In this document: in pieces, positions 1 to 8,374 of the stretch
How positions within the stretch are numbered: the stretch's first letter is position 1
Layout: every line of letters begins with the position of its first letter
Source: an uncultured Ruminococcus sp.
Lineage (GTDB): Bacteria > Bacillota > Clostridia > Oscillospirales > Ruminococcaceae
Length of the DNA: 53,216 nt
Direction: 5' to 3'
Assembly (NCBI GenBank): GCA_947176075.1
Contig: CAMWPG010000001.1
Location: 1-53,216 of the forward strand
The notes under the pieces: generated by a model
The model's database searches: none
What the model saw: only the letters and a program-made list of their open reading frames with translations
Told to the model about the DNA's origin: nothing
Translations under genes and position numbers: made by a program

Positions 1-110
1 ATTTTTTCCTACTAAAATTATTTAATAAAAAAAAATTTTTTTTTTCATTTTTTATTTTATTTTTTTTTTTAAAATTTTTATTTTTAATTTTTTTTTTTTT
101 TTTTTTTTAA
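1..110. other. Low-complexity poly-T/A tract at the window start, probably a read-end or assembly artefact
   Basis: Almost only T and A in long homopolymers, with no G in the first 110 nt. Confidence 0.7.
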
Positions 111-145
111 TAAGTCGTAAACAGCAGCAAATAAATTTATTGCTC

Positions 146-174
146 TTGCTCTGACAAAAAAAATATGCTATAAT
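146..174 (+). promoter_or_regulatory. SigA-type promoter for dusB
   Basis: TTGCTC-17 nt-TATAAT with TG extension. Confidence 0.55.
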
Positions 175-204
175 ATTATCAATCACAAAAAAAGGAGAAC
201 TTAA

Positions 205-1197
205 ATGGAAACCATCAAACTGGGAAAGCAAAGCATTCCCAAAACAGCCACTCTTGCTCCTATGGCAGGTGTTGCTGACCGTGCTTACCGAATTCTCTGC
301 AAAGAATATAGCGCTGCTGCACTTGTCAGCGAAATGATATCGGCAAAGGGACTTTGCTACGGTGACACTAAAACAGCCCAGCTTTGCACTATTCTACAAG
401 AAGAACGTCCTATGGGATTGCAGCTGTTCGGCAGTGAACCTGATTTCATGGCTAAGGCTGTCACAATCGTACAGAAGTTTGAACCTGACTGGATAGATAT
501 AAACATGGGTTGTCCTGTACCAAAAGTTGTAGGTACAGGCGCAGGCTCTGCTCTTATGAAAAATATTGACCTTGCTGCAAGAGTAACAGAAGCAGCAGTA
601 AAAGCGTCCAGCATTCCTGTAACGGTAAAATTTCGTACCGGCTGGGACAGCGATAATATAAATGCTGTAGAATTTGCAGTTGCTATGCAGCAGGCAGGAG
701 CTTCTGCTATATCTGTACACGGACGTACCAAAATGCAAATGTACAGCGGAAAAGCCGATTGGGATATTATAAAACAGGTCAAACAGTCTGTTTCTATTCC
801 TGTAATCGGGAACGGCGATGTGACGGACTTCAATTCATGCAAAAGTATGTATGAGAAAACAGGGTGTGACCTTGTAATGATAGGCAGAGGCAGCTATGGA
901 AATCCATTTGTATTCCGTGAGATCGATTCTATGATAAGCGGCATTCCATACACTCCTCCAACGCTTGAGAATCGCATGGAAACTATGCTTTATCATATAA
1001 GACTTATATTAAAGCACAGTTTCGGAAAACCGCCTGAAATAGCGATACGTGATGCCAGAAAACACGCTGCATGGTATATGTCCGGCTGCTATGGTGCAGC
1101 ATCATTCCGTGCAAGGTGCTATCAGCTTTCCTCATATGAAGAAGCTGAAATAATGGCTGAGGATTTTATAAAGCTGCAAATGCAAATTAAAAATTAA
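205..1197 (+). CDS. dusB: tRNA-dihydrouridine synthase B
   Basis: LAPMAG, DINMGCP, VHGRT and IGNGD motifs; SD AAGGAG. Confidence 0.93.
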   Translation: METIKLGKQSIPKTATLAPMAGVADRAYRILCKEYSAAALVSEMISAKGLCYGDTKTAQLCTILQEERPMGLQLFGSEPDFMAKAVTIVQKFEPDWIDINMGCPVPKVVGTGAGSALMKNIDLAARVTEAAVKASSIPVTVKFRTGWDSDNINAVEFAVAMQQAGASAISVHGRTKMQMYSGKADWDIIKQVKQSVSIPVIGNGDVTDFNSCKSMYEKTGCDLVMIGRGSYGNPFVFREIDSMISGIPYTPPTLENRMETMLYHIRLILKHSFGKPPEIAIRDARKHAAWYMSGCYGAASFRARCYQLSSYEEAEIMAEDFIKLQMQIKN

Positions 1198-1211
1198 AAG
1201 GATGTGGTAAT

Positions 1212-1976
1212 ATGTCAATACCGAAAATTATAATTGTTTCCTGCGAGCTCCTGCTGCTCGCTGTGTTTGTTATACCTGCTTTACTCAGTATAATCAATGC
1301 TGGAAATATTGCCGGAATACTTGCTTCTCTGGCACTTTTGCTTGCTACATTGTTCAGCGGAAATGTATGGGCTGCTATTCAGAATTTATGGCATAATATT
1401 CCGGGTAAGATATTGTTAAGCTGTGCTGCTGTATTTCTTGCATTTGGAATATGCCTTGCCGGATTTTTGACCGTCCGCATGATAAGCACGATAAATAATA
1501 CGCCTAAAGAGCCTTGTACGGTAGTAGTGCTTGGCTGTCATGTAAAGGGTACAGAGCCAAGCATAATGCTTGCAAGACGTTTGGATGCTGCTTATGAGTA
1601 TCTTACTGAAAATCCAGATGTGAAATGCATTGTGGCAGGGGGCAAAGGAACAGGCGAGGATATAACTGAAGCGGACGCAATGAAGCTCTATCTTGTGAAA
1701 AAGGGCATTGACAGTGAACGGATACTTAAAGAGGACAAATCTACAAATACATCTGAGAATATTTCCTTTGCAAATGAAATCATGAAGCAAAATGATCTTA
1801 GCGGTGATATTGTAATAGTGACTGATGGATTTCATCAGTACAGGGCAAGTCTTATAGCCGAAAGACTCGGAATTGATTCATATTCCATAAGCTGTGCGAC
1901 AAGACCGGAGCTTGTTCCGACTTATTGGGTAAGGGAATGGTTTGCACTTGCGAGAGAGATAATTCGTTCCTTATAA
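1212..1976 (+). CDS. YdcF/DUF218 (ElyC/SanA-like) membrane protein
   Basis: N-terminal TM helices; VVLG..RLDAA, GGKG..EA, STNTSEN, VTDGFHQYRA and VREW motifs. Confidence 0.85.
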   Translation: MSIPKIIIVSCELLLLAVFVIPALLSIINAGNIAGILASLALLLATLFSGNVWAAIQNLWHNIPGKILLSCAAVFLAFGICLAGFLTVRMISTINNTPKEPCTVVVLGCHVKGTEPSIMLARRLDAAYEYLTENPDVKCIVAGGKGTGEDITEADAMKLYLVKKGIDSERILKEDKSTNTSENISFANEIMKQNDLSGDIVIVTDGFHQYRASLIAERLGIDSYSISCATRPELVPTYWVREWFALAREIIRSL

Positions 1977-2008
1977 TTGATTTCACTCTTTCGTTTTATT
2001 TTATCAAT

Positions 2009-2050
2009 AAAAGCAAAAAGTCCCTACGAAAAATCGCAGGGACTTAAAAA
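2009..2050 (-). terminator. Intrinsic terminator of rplJL
   Basis: AAGTCCCT/AGGGACTT stem with a U-tract on the minus strand. Confidence 0.75.
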
Positions 2051-2064
2051 GCAGTAAGAAGAAC

Positions 2065-2436
2065 TTACTTGATTTCGATTGTAGCGCCAGCCTCTTCAAG
2101 CTTAGCCTTGAGAGCCTCAGCATCAGCCTTAGAAATGCCTTCCTTAATTGTAGCCGGAGCAGACTCAACAACAGCCTTAGCTTCCTTTAGACCCAGACCG
2201 AGAGCGTCCTTAGCAGCCTTGATAACAGCCATCTTAGCGTCACCAAATGAAGCCAGTACAACATCAAATTCAGTCTTTTCTTCAGCAGCAGCACCAGCAC
2301 CGCCAGCTGCCGGAGCAGCTGCAACAGCAGCAGTTACGCCAAATTCTTCCTGGATAGCTTCAACCAGCTCAGCCAGTTCCAGAACGGACAGAGCCTTGAT
2401 TTCTTCAATGAAATTCATAATCTTTTCAGATGCCAT
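2065..2436 (-). CDS. rplL: 50S ribosomal protein L7/L12
   Basis: [18 protein letters not shown], Ala-rich hinge. Confidence 0.98.
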   Translation of the reverse strand: MASEKIMNFIEEIKALSVLELAELVEAIQEEFGVTAAVAAAPAAGGAGAAAEEKTEFDVVLASFGDAKMAVIKAAKDALGLGLKEAKAVVESAPATIKEGISKADAEALKAKLEEAGATIEIK

Positions 2437-2511
2437 GATAATAACTCCTTTATAATTTTTTTAATTTAAATCGCCTGATTTCAGGCAGCGTTACTGTGCA
2501 AACAAATGTAA

Positions 2512-3024
2512 TTATGCAGCAGTTTCTTCGTTCTTGCTGTCCACAACAGCCTGGAGAGTAGCAGCCAGCTTCTGGATAGGACCCTGGAGAGAGCCAACCA
2601 GCTGAGCCAGAAGTACATCCTTTGACGGAATCTTGGACAGAGCAACAACACCTTCGGTATCGTAAGCTGTACCTTCAACATAACCTGCCTTCAGGTTAAA
2701 GAATTCATTCTTGTTCTCAGCGAATTTACCGAGAATACGAGCAGGGGCAGTCTGGTCGTCAGCAGACATTGCGATAGCAGTTGTACCGTGGAGTACGCTG
2801 TCGAAGTCATCAATACCCATATTCTTGAATGCGAAACGCAGTATAGAATTTTTTTCAACAATGTACTTAACGTTAGCTTCACGCAGTTCCTTTCTAAGCT
2901 TGGTGTCATCTTCAACGGTAATACCCTTGTAGTCAACCAGCACGAAAGATACAGCATTTTGAAGCAGTTCTGTCATAGCAGCAACCTTAGCCTTCTTGCC
3001 TTCCAAAATCTTTTCACTTGCCAT
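2512..3024 (-). CDS. rplJ: 50S ribosomal protein L10
   Basis: VDYKGITV..LRKELR, KN motif; directly upstream of rplL. Confidence 0.97.
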   Translation of the reverse strand: MASEKILEGKKAKVAAMTELLQNAVSFVLVDYKGITVEDDTKLRKELREANVKYIVEKNSILRFAFKNMGIDDFDSVLHGTTAIAMSADDQTAPARILGKFAENKNEFFNLKAGYVEGTAYDTEGVVALSKIPSKDVLLAQLVGSLQGPIQKLAATLQAVVDSKNEETAA

Positions 3025-3069
3025 GTGATTTCACCTCCGATACATTTTTTATCGTATCAAAGAATCGCA

Positions 3070-3190
3070 GCCATAAAAAAAGACGCTATTTCTGACATAG
3101 AGAAAGAGCATCTGATCGTTCAGACTATGCACATTCCTCGGCTGGATTTACGGCGTTTGCCACCAGCTGTCTTTAGAATACGATATTTTG
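3070..3190 (-). promoter_or_regulatory. L10 leader (r-protein autoregulatory attenuator)
   Basis: Minus strand AAGACAGCTGG...CCAGCCGAGG, then a terminator-like hairpin GATGCT..AGCGTC-TTTTTTT, in the rplJ 5' UTR. Confidence 0.8.
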
Positions 3191-3205
3191 TTTTACAACT
3201 CTATT

Positions 3206-3234
3206 AGTATAGCACATTGCAAGAGGCTTGTCAA
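3206..3234 (-). promoter_or_regulatory. SigA promoter of rplJL
   Basis: TTGACA-17 nt-TATACT with TG extension. Confidence 0.8.
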
Positions 3235-3268
3235 GTATTTTTTAGGAAAAAAATGAGTTTTTTTGAAG

Positions 3269-3299
3269 AAAGGCAGACCTGATAAACCGATCTGCCTTT
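3269..3299 (-). terminator. Terminator after the dockerin gene; near-copy of the rplA terminator
   Basis: AAAGGCAGA/TCTGCCTTT stem. Confidence 0.7.
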
Positions 3300-3307
3300 T
3301 AGTATAT

Positions 3308-4309
3308 TTAGTTAATATTTGGAAAATTTTCTATAATTCCAAGGATATACTGCATGGTCAGGCTTACATCCTCAGCGTCTATTACCATAGAGCCGTCAAC
3401 GTCAGCCAAATATCTTTGAATAGAATTTAAAGGAGCAATAGAACCGATACTCATTTTGTTTATCATAATAATGTCAGTTAGAGAAACTTTGTTATCCATA
3501 TTTGCATCGCCAATATTTAATTCAAAATCGAGTTCATATTTTGAATCTGCAGCATCACCGGATGTAGGGTTTGGCTGAAGTCCAAAGTGTGGATATACGA
3601 AGCGGTCTATTACTTGTTGATATATTTCATCTTGGGTATAGTTGTTTACTGCCCATATAGAATTTTCATTTACCGGTGTATAATCTCTATTTACTACAGA
3701 AGTAAATGTATTTTGATTTCCAAAATATGGATCTTCATAAGCATTGATATCAGCAAGAAAATCATATAGACCTTCTCTATCATCAGATTCTATAAAAGCT
3801 TCTGCTTTAGGGATATCTTCTGCATCTAATGGAAGAATGAGGTAATAATTGTATGAATCGTCGTCTATTTTTTTTACTGTATCATAGCACACACCTTTTT
3901 TACAAGGATATGTGTTTGGCTTGATTTCAATTGTGCCGGCACTATATCCATCATCACTAAGATATTTATAATATCCGTTGTTTTCAGTAATCAAATTGCC
4001 TGTAACATAGTGAGGAGAAACTATGTCATATTTATTTGGTCATATATTATATTCTATGCAGTCTTTAGCAGTTGGATCAGCAAGAAAAGCTTGTGTACCG
4101 GTAAATGAATCAAGCGTATCAGATGGAGTTATTAAAAAATGATTATTATATATTTTGTATTCAATACATTCCGCCGGAGTTACACTTTTAAGAAATGTTA
4201 CTTCGTCCTTTCTTAATATTACTTCAGCACCAGCAGATATGGCTAAACTGCTGCACGACAGTGCTGCTGCTAATATTGAAGATATAGATTTGATAAATGT
4301 TTTTTTCAT
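3308..4309 (-). pseudogene. Secreted protein with a C-terminal type I dockerin, 333 codons, interrupted by an in-frame TGA at 4040-4042 (nonsense allele, sequencing error or recoding)
   Basis: ORFs 4040..4330 and 3308..3994 are in the same frame, joined by TGA plus 15 sense codons. Sec-type signal peptide MKKTFIKSISSILAAALSCSSLAISAGA; dockerin repeats GDANMDNKVSLTD and ADVDGSMVIDAED. Confidence 0.8.
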
Positions 4310-4370
4310 AAATATACCACCTTTCACCAAATAAAAAATATTCTTTTTTCCTCAATTCTTTGGTAATTAA

Positions 4371-4399
4371 AGCATATCATATATGGAATTATTTGTCAA
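4371..4399 (-). promoter_or_regulatory. SigA promoter of the dockerin gene
   Basis: TTGACA-17 nt-TATGCT with TG extension. Confidence 0.65.
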
Positions 4400-4445
4400 T
4401 GGCAATACCACATAAAAATAGGGGGGGATTTTGTGCGAATTAAAC

Positions 4446-4476
4446 AAAAAGCAGATCGAATAAACCGATCTGCTTT
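4446..4476 (-). terminator. Intrinsic terminator of rplA
   Basis: AAAGCAGATCG/CGATCTGCTTT stem with a U-tract on the minus strand. Confidence 0.8.
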
Positions 4477-4497
4477 AAATAGAATTTATAATGTTAA

Positions 4498-5193
4498 TCA
4501 GACGCCATACTTGTTAGTAGCTACCTTAACGCCTATGCCCATTGTAGAAGTAACAGTGCATGACTTGAGGTAAGTACCCTTAGCTGCAGCCGGCTTAGCC
4601 TTTACAACAGCTTCCATCAGTGTCTCAAAGTTCTGGAGAAGCTTCTCAGAACCGAAAGATGCCTTACCGATAGGGCAGTGGATGATGTTTGTCTTGTCGA
4701 GACGATACTCGATCTTACCAGCCTTAGCTTCGTTAACAGCCTTAGCTACGTCTGGTGTTACAGTACCAGCCTTCGGGTTTGGCATAAGACCACGAGGACC
4801 GAGAACCTTACCGAGACGACCAACCAGACCCATCATGTCCGGTGAAGCGATTACTACATCAAATTCCATCCAGTTTTCCTTTGTGATCTTGTCAACCAGA
4901 TCCTGACCGCCAACGTAGTCAGCACCAGCTGCCTTAGCAGCTTCGTACTTATCTTCCTTACAAAATACGCAAGTACGTACAGTCTTACCAGTGCCGTTCG
5001 GCAATACAACGGCACCACGAACCTGCTGGTCAGCGTGTCTTGAGTCAACACCCAGACGGATGTGTGCTTCTACAGTTTCGTCAAACTTTGCCTTTGCATT
5101 CTGGCAAACCAAGGTCAGAGCTTCTTCAGAAGCATACTGCTTGGAAGTATCTACAGCCTTCAGGCTGTCAACATATTTCTTTCCGTGTTTCAT
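4498..5193 (-). CDS. rplA: 50S ribosomal protein L1
   Basis: [21 protein letters not shown]. Confidence 0.98.
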   Translation of the reverse strand: MKHGKKYVDSLKAVDTSKQYASEEALTLVCQNAKAKFDETVEAHIRLGVDSRHADQQVRGAVVLPNGTGKTVRTCVFCKEDKYEAAKAAGADYVGGQDLVDKITKENWMEFDVVIASPDMMGLVGRLGKVLGPRGLMPNPKAGTVTPDVAKAVNEAKAGKIEYRLDKTNIIHCPIGKASFGSEKLLQNFETLMEAVVKAKPAAAKGTYLKSCTVTSTMGIGVKVATNKYGV

Positions 5194-5211
5194 GTTATTC
5201 CTCCTGATTCA

Positions 5212-5266
5212 GTGGTAATACCGGGTGCTTATGCGCAGAGCCGGTTAGCGGAATGTTCCTCCCACC
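5212..5266 (-). promoter_or_regulatory. L1-binding leader upstream of rplA
   Basis: Minus strand GGTGGGAGG...TTACCAC just before the SD, the typical L1 mRNA target. Confidence 0.7.
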
Positions 5267-5323
5267 ATTTGAGAAGTCAGAGCCGCACTTTTCTGTGCTG
5301 ACACTCCGCATTCGTTTTCGGTA

Positions 5324-5749
5324 TTAGTCAACAACAACAATGCCCATTGAACGAGCAGTACCAGCGATCATGCTCATTGCAGCTTCAAGAGAACCTGCAT
5401 TCAGGTCGGGCATTTTCTGTTCAGCGATCTTCTGAACCTGTTCCTTGGTAATGTTTGCAACCTTATTCTTGTTCGGCACACCAGATGCAGTCTCAATGCC
5501 GCAAGCCTTCTTGATAAGAACAGCTGCAGGCGGAGTCTTTGTGATGAATGTGAATGAACGGTCAGCATAAACGGTGATTACGACCGGGATGATCATGCCG
5601 ATATCATTCTTTGTTCTTTCATTGAACTCCTTGGTGAATGCCATGATGTTTACGCCGTGCTGACCCAGTGCAGGACCAACAGGTGGAGCAGGTGTTGCCT
5701 TACCTGCCGGAATCTGAAGCTTAATATATCCAGTTACTTTCTGTGCCAT
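5324..5749 (-). CDS. rplK: 50S ribosomal protein L11
   Basis: [23 protein letters not shown]; start set at MAQKV after SD GGAGG. Confidence 0.98.
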   Translation of the reverse strand: MAQKVTGYIKLQIPAGKATPAPPVGPALGQHGVNIMAFTKEFNERTKNDIGMIIPVVITVYADRSFTFITKTPPAAVLIKKACGIETASGVPNKNKVANITKEQVQKIAEQKMPDLNAGSLEAAMSMIAGTARSMGIVVVD

Positions 5750-5767
5750 GATGCACACCTCCATAAT

Positions 5768-5809
5768 GTGGTAAATGGCGGGAGCGCAGACAAGCGGTTC
5801 CCTCCCACC
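5768..5809 (-). promoter_or_regulatory. L1-binding leader upstream of rplK
   Basis: Minus strand GGTGGGAGG...TTACCAC just before the SD; same core as the copy before rplA. Confidence 0.7.
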
Positions 5810-5840
5810 GGAATCTTGGCGATTCCGTATTGTTAGCGTT

Positions 5841-6368
5841 TTAATCGTCCAGCTTAACTACCTGATTAAGTGCAAGTGTAGCCGGAGTTTCCCGACCGAA
5901 CATGGAAATCATAACGTCTACGTTTCCTTCGTCGAGATCAATTTTCTGTACAATACCGGTGAAGCCGTCCATAGCTGTGCCGATAATGGTAACTGCGTCG
6001 CCAACGGCATAGTTTACAGTAATGCTTGTACCGATATCAACACCCAGTGCTGCCACTTCCTTTTCGGAAAGCGGAGTAGGTTCGGATGCAGGACCTACAA
6101 AGCCGGTGACTCCTCGGATGTTTTTAACGATGTGCCACGAATCGTCAGTGTAGACCATTTTCAGCAAAACATAGCTTGGAAAAGTTTTACGCTCCACTTC
6201 CTTTGTTTTGCCGTCATTTATTTCCGTTACCCGTTCAGTAGGAACTCTGACTTCAAGAATCAGATCGTGAAGTTTACGGTTTTCGACAACCTTTTCAATA
6301 TCCTGAGCTACCTTGTTCTCATAGCCTGAATATGTGTGGATGACATACCATTTAGCTGATTCTGTCAT
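5841..6368 (-). CDS. nusG: Transcription termination/antitermination factor NusG
   Basis: [28 protein letters not shown]. Confidence 0.97.
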   Translation of the reverse strand: MTESAKWYVIHTYSGYENKVAQDIEKVVENRKLHDLILEVRVPTERVTEINDGKTKEVERKTFPSYVLLKMVYTDDSWHIVKNIRGVTGFVGPASEPTPLSEKEVAALGVDIGTSITVNYAVGDAVTIIGTAMDGFTGIVQKIDLDEGNVDVMISMFGRETPATLALNQVVKLDD

Positions 6369-6422
6369 AATGTTTTCCTCCTGTTAAAAATGAAATAGGG
6401 CTTGGCGGTAATGAAGCCTGCA

Positions 6423-6716
6423 TCACAGGTTCATAAGGACATCCATGAGCTTCAGCAGACCTGTGTCGAGCAGACCAACAAGAACACTGCCCAGTATAAC
6501 AACGCTCATTACAACAACAGTGTTGTTAAAAACAGTTTTCTTTGTAGGCCATGACACACGCTTGAACTCACGCTTTAAATCCTTGAGCCAGTTTACAAAT
6601 CTCTTGAAAATGTTCTTTTTGTCTTTGTCAGACTTTTTGGACTTCTTGGAGTCTGTCTTTTTTGCCTTTTTCTCTTCCTTTTCGGAGAGTTCAGCATTTT
6701 TCTTTTTGTCAGACAT
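6423..6716 (-). CDS. secE: Preprotein translocase subunit SecE
   Basis: EFKRVSWPT plus one TM helix; position upstream of nusG. Confidence 0.92.
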   Translation of the reverse strand: MSDKKKNAELSEKEEKKAKKTDSKKSKKSDKDKKNIFKRFVNWLKDLKREFKRVSWPTKKTVFNNTVVVMSVVILGSVLVGLLDTGLLKLMDVLMNL

Positions 6717-6737
6717 TTCTTTCAGAACCTCCAATCA

Positions 6738-6887
6738 TCACTTTGTTTCTTTGTGCAAAGTATGCTTCCGGCAGAACTTGCAGTGCTTGTTCATTTCAAT
6801 CCTCTCCGGATTGTTGCGCTTGTTCTTTTTGGTCACATAATTGCGGCGCTTGCATTCAGTACAAGCCAAAGTTACCTTCACTCTCAT
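6738..6887 (-). CDS. rpmG: 50S ribosomal protein L33, Zn-ribbon form (not in ORF track)
   Basis: Manual translation [58 protein letters not shown]. Confidence 0.97.
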   Translation of the reverse strand: MRVKVTLACTECKRRNYVTKKNKRNNPERIEMNKHCKFCRKHTLHKETK

Positions 6888-7042
6888 TATCGGCACCTCC
6901 TGATCTTATTCTTCTCCCGCAGATGCACAGATGGATCTGTCGGGCCGTTTGCCTCCCTCCGGCTATAGGGCAGCCGATCTTGCATCAGAAAAATCCTTTT
7001 GCAAACAGGCATAAAAATAAACCCCATAGAAGAGGTAAATTA

Positions 7043-7071
7043 AGTATATCATATTACATTCAGCTTGTCAA
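7043..7071 (-). promoter_or_regulatory. SigA promoter of the rpmG-secE-nusG-rplKA operon
   Basis: TTGACA-17 nt-TATACT with TG extension. Confidence 0.8.
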
Positions 7072-7162
7072 TAGTTTTTTTCAGCTTTTCATGAAATATA
7101 ACAAAAAAATGTACGCCTATAATAATGAAATTAAAAAAATAATGGTATTGTGGCAAAAACTC

Positions 7163-7191
7163 TTGCACATTCTTGTGAAATATGATAAAAT
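7163..7191 (+). promoter_or_regulatory. SigA promoter for ddl
   Basis: TTGCAC-17 nt-TAAAAT with TG extension. Confidence 0.55.
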
Positions 7192-7272
7192 AAAATAGGT
7201 AATGCATTTATTCTGCTATGAAAGCAATATAAATGTATAAGATAATAAAACACGAGAGGAGACTTTAACAAT

Positions 7273-8352
7273 ATGGCAAAAATTCGAGTAGCGGTACTTT
7301 TCGGCGGCGTTTCAAGTGAACATGATGTGTCGCTTATTTCTGCGACAAATGTTATAAACAGTATTCCAAGAGAAAAATATGACATAATATGCGTTGGTAT
7401 TACAAAAAAGGGCAGGTGGCTTTATTTTCCGGGGAATGTTGACGAGATAGCTTCCGGTGCATGGGAGAGAAATCCTGACTGTGCTTCCGCTATTATTTCT
7501 CCTGACCCTATCCATAAGGGTATTATTACTATTGAAAGCGGCGAGATATATATTAAAAAGGTGGATGTTGTATTCCCTGTACTGCATGGCAGAAACGGTG
7601 AAGATGGCAGACTTCAGGGACTGCTCGAAATGGCAAGACTTCCATATGTTGGCTGCGATACTCTGAGCAGTGCTGCTTGTATGGATAAGTGCATTACACA
7701 TACTATTCTTGATTATAATGGTATACGTACAGCAAAATGGGCAGCTGTGCTTCAGAGAGATATAAGTCATCTTGATGAAAAATGTCGTGAAATAGGTGAT
7801 AAACTTGGCTTTCCTCTTTTTGTAAAGCCTGCAAATGCCGGTTCTTCGATCGGTGTAAACAAGGCAAGGGATATTGAAGAACTTAAAGATGCAGTTCAGA
7901 TAGCGTTTTCTCATGACAGTAAGGTAATTGTTGAAGAGTTTATCAGCGGTAAAGAGGTGGAAGTAGCTGTATTTGGTTATGACGCACCATTCGCTTCCTA
8001 TGTAGGCGAGATCGAGCCGGCTGCTGATTTCTATGATTATGACGATAAGTATATAAATGGTTCTTCTAAGCTCTATATACCTGCAAGAATTGAAGAAAAG
8101 ATATCTGATGAGATCCGCAAGACGGCAGTTGCAGCATATCAGGCTATGGGCTGCAAGGGACTTTCAAGAGTAGATTTCTTCCTCTGCGATGATGGAACTA
8201 TTATTCTCAATGAAATAAATACAATGCCCGGCTTTACGAGCATAAGTATGTATCCTAAGCTTATGGAAAATCTGGGCATGAAGCAGAGCTATCTTGTGGA
8301 TAAGCTGATAGAACAGGCAATGGAAAATACGGGCGCACATACAGATGCGTGA
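7273..8352 (+). CDS. ddl: D-alanine--D-alanine ligase
   Basis: FGGVSSEHDVS, LHGRNGEDG, KPANAGSSIG, YDYDDKY, NEINTMPG. Confidence 0.95.
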   Translation: MAKIRVAVLFGGVSSEHDVSLISATNVINSIPREKYDIICVGITKKGRWLYFPGNVDEIASGAWERNPDCASAIISPDPIHKGIITIESGEIYIKKVDVVFPVLHGRNGEDGRLQGLLEMARLPYVGCDTLSSAACMDKCITHTILDYNGIRTAKWAAVLQRDISHLDEKCREIGDKLGFPLFVKPANAGSSIGVNKARDIEELKDAVQIAFSHDSKVIVEEFISGKEVEVAVFGYDAPFASYVGEIEPAADFYDYDDKYINGSSKLYIPARIEEKISDEIRKTAVAAYQAMGCKGLSRVDFFLCDDGTIILNEINTMPGFTSISMYPKLMENLGMKQSYLVDKLIEQAMENTGAHTDA

Positions 8353-8374
8353 TATATTTTGAAAGGAGACGGCT

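Noticed and set aside
1..110. Poly-T/A tract as a biological element
   Set aside because: Lies at the sequence end and is nearly devoid of G/C; typical low-quality read tail
152..168. A8 run in the dusB promoter spacer as a phase-variation switch
   Set aside because: A-runs are common in these AT-rich promoters and this one adjoins low-quality sequence
4040..4042. Genome-wide UGA reassignment (code 4 or 25)
   Set aside because: Conserved genes here (rplA, rpmG, rpsU, secE, ftsX) end at TGA at their expected C-termini
4012..4142. Antisense 39-codon ORF (MSYLFGHIL...) with GAGGAG 5 nt upstream
   Set aside because: No + strand promoter or recognisable peptide; the SD is explained by Ser-Pro-His codons on the opposite strand
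5775..7385. Alternative ORFs 5775..6329, 6445..6840, 6662..7198, 6753..6968 and 7131..7385
   Set aside because: Shadow frames of nusG, secE, rpmG and ddl; the same applies to the many other nested or antisense ORFs in the track
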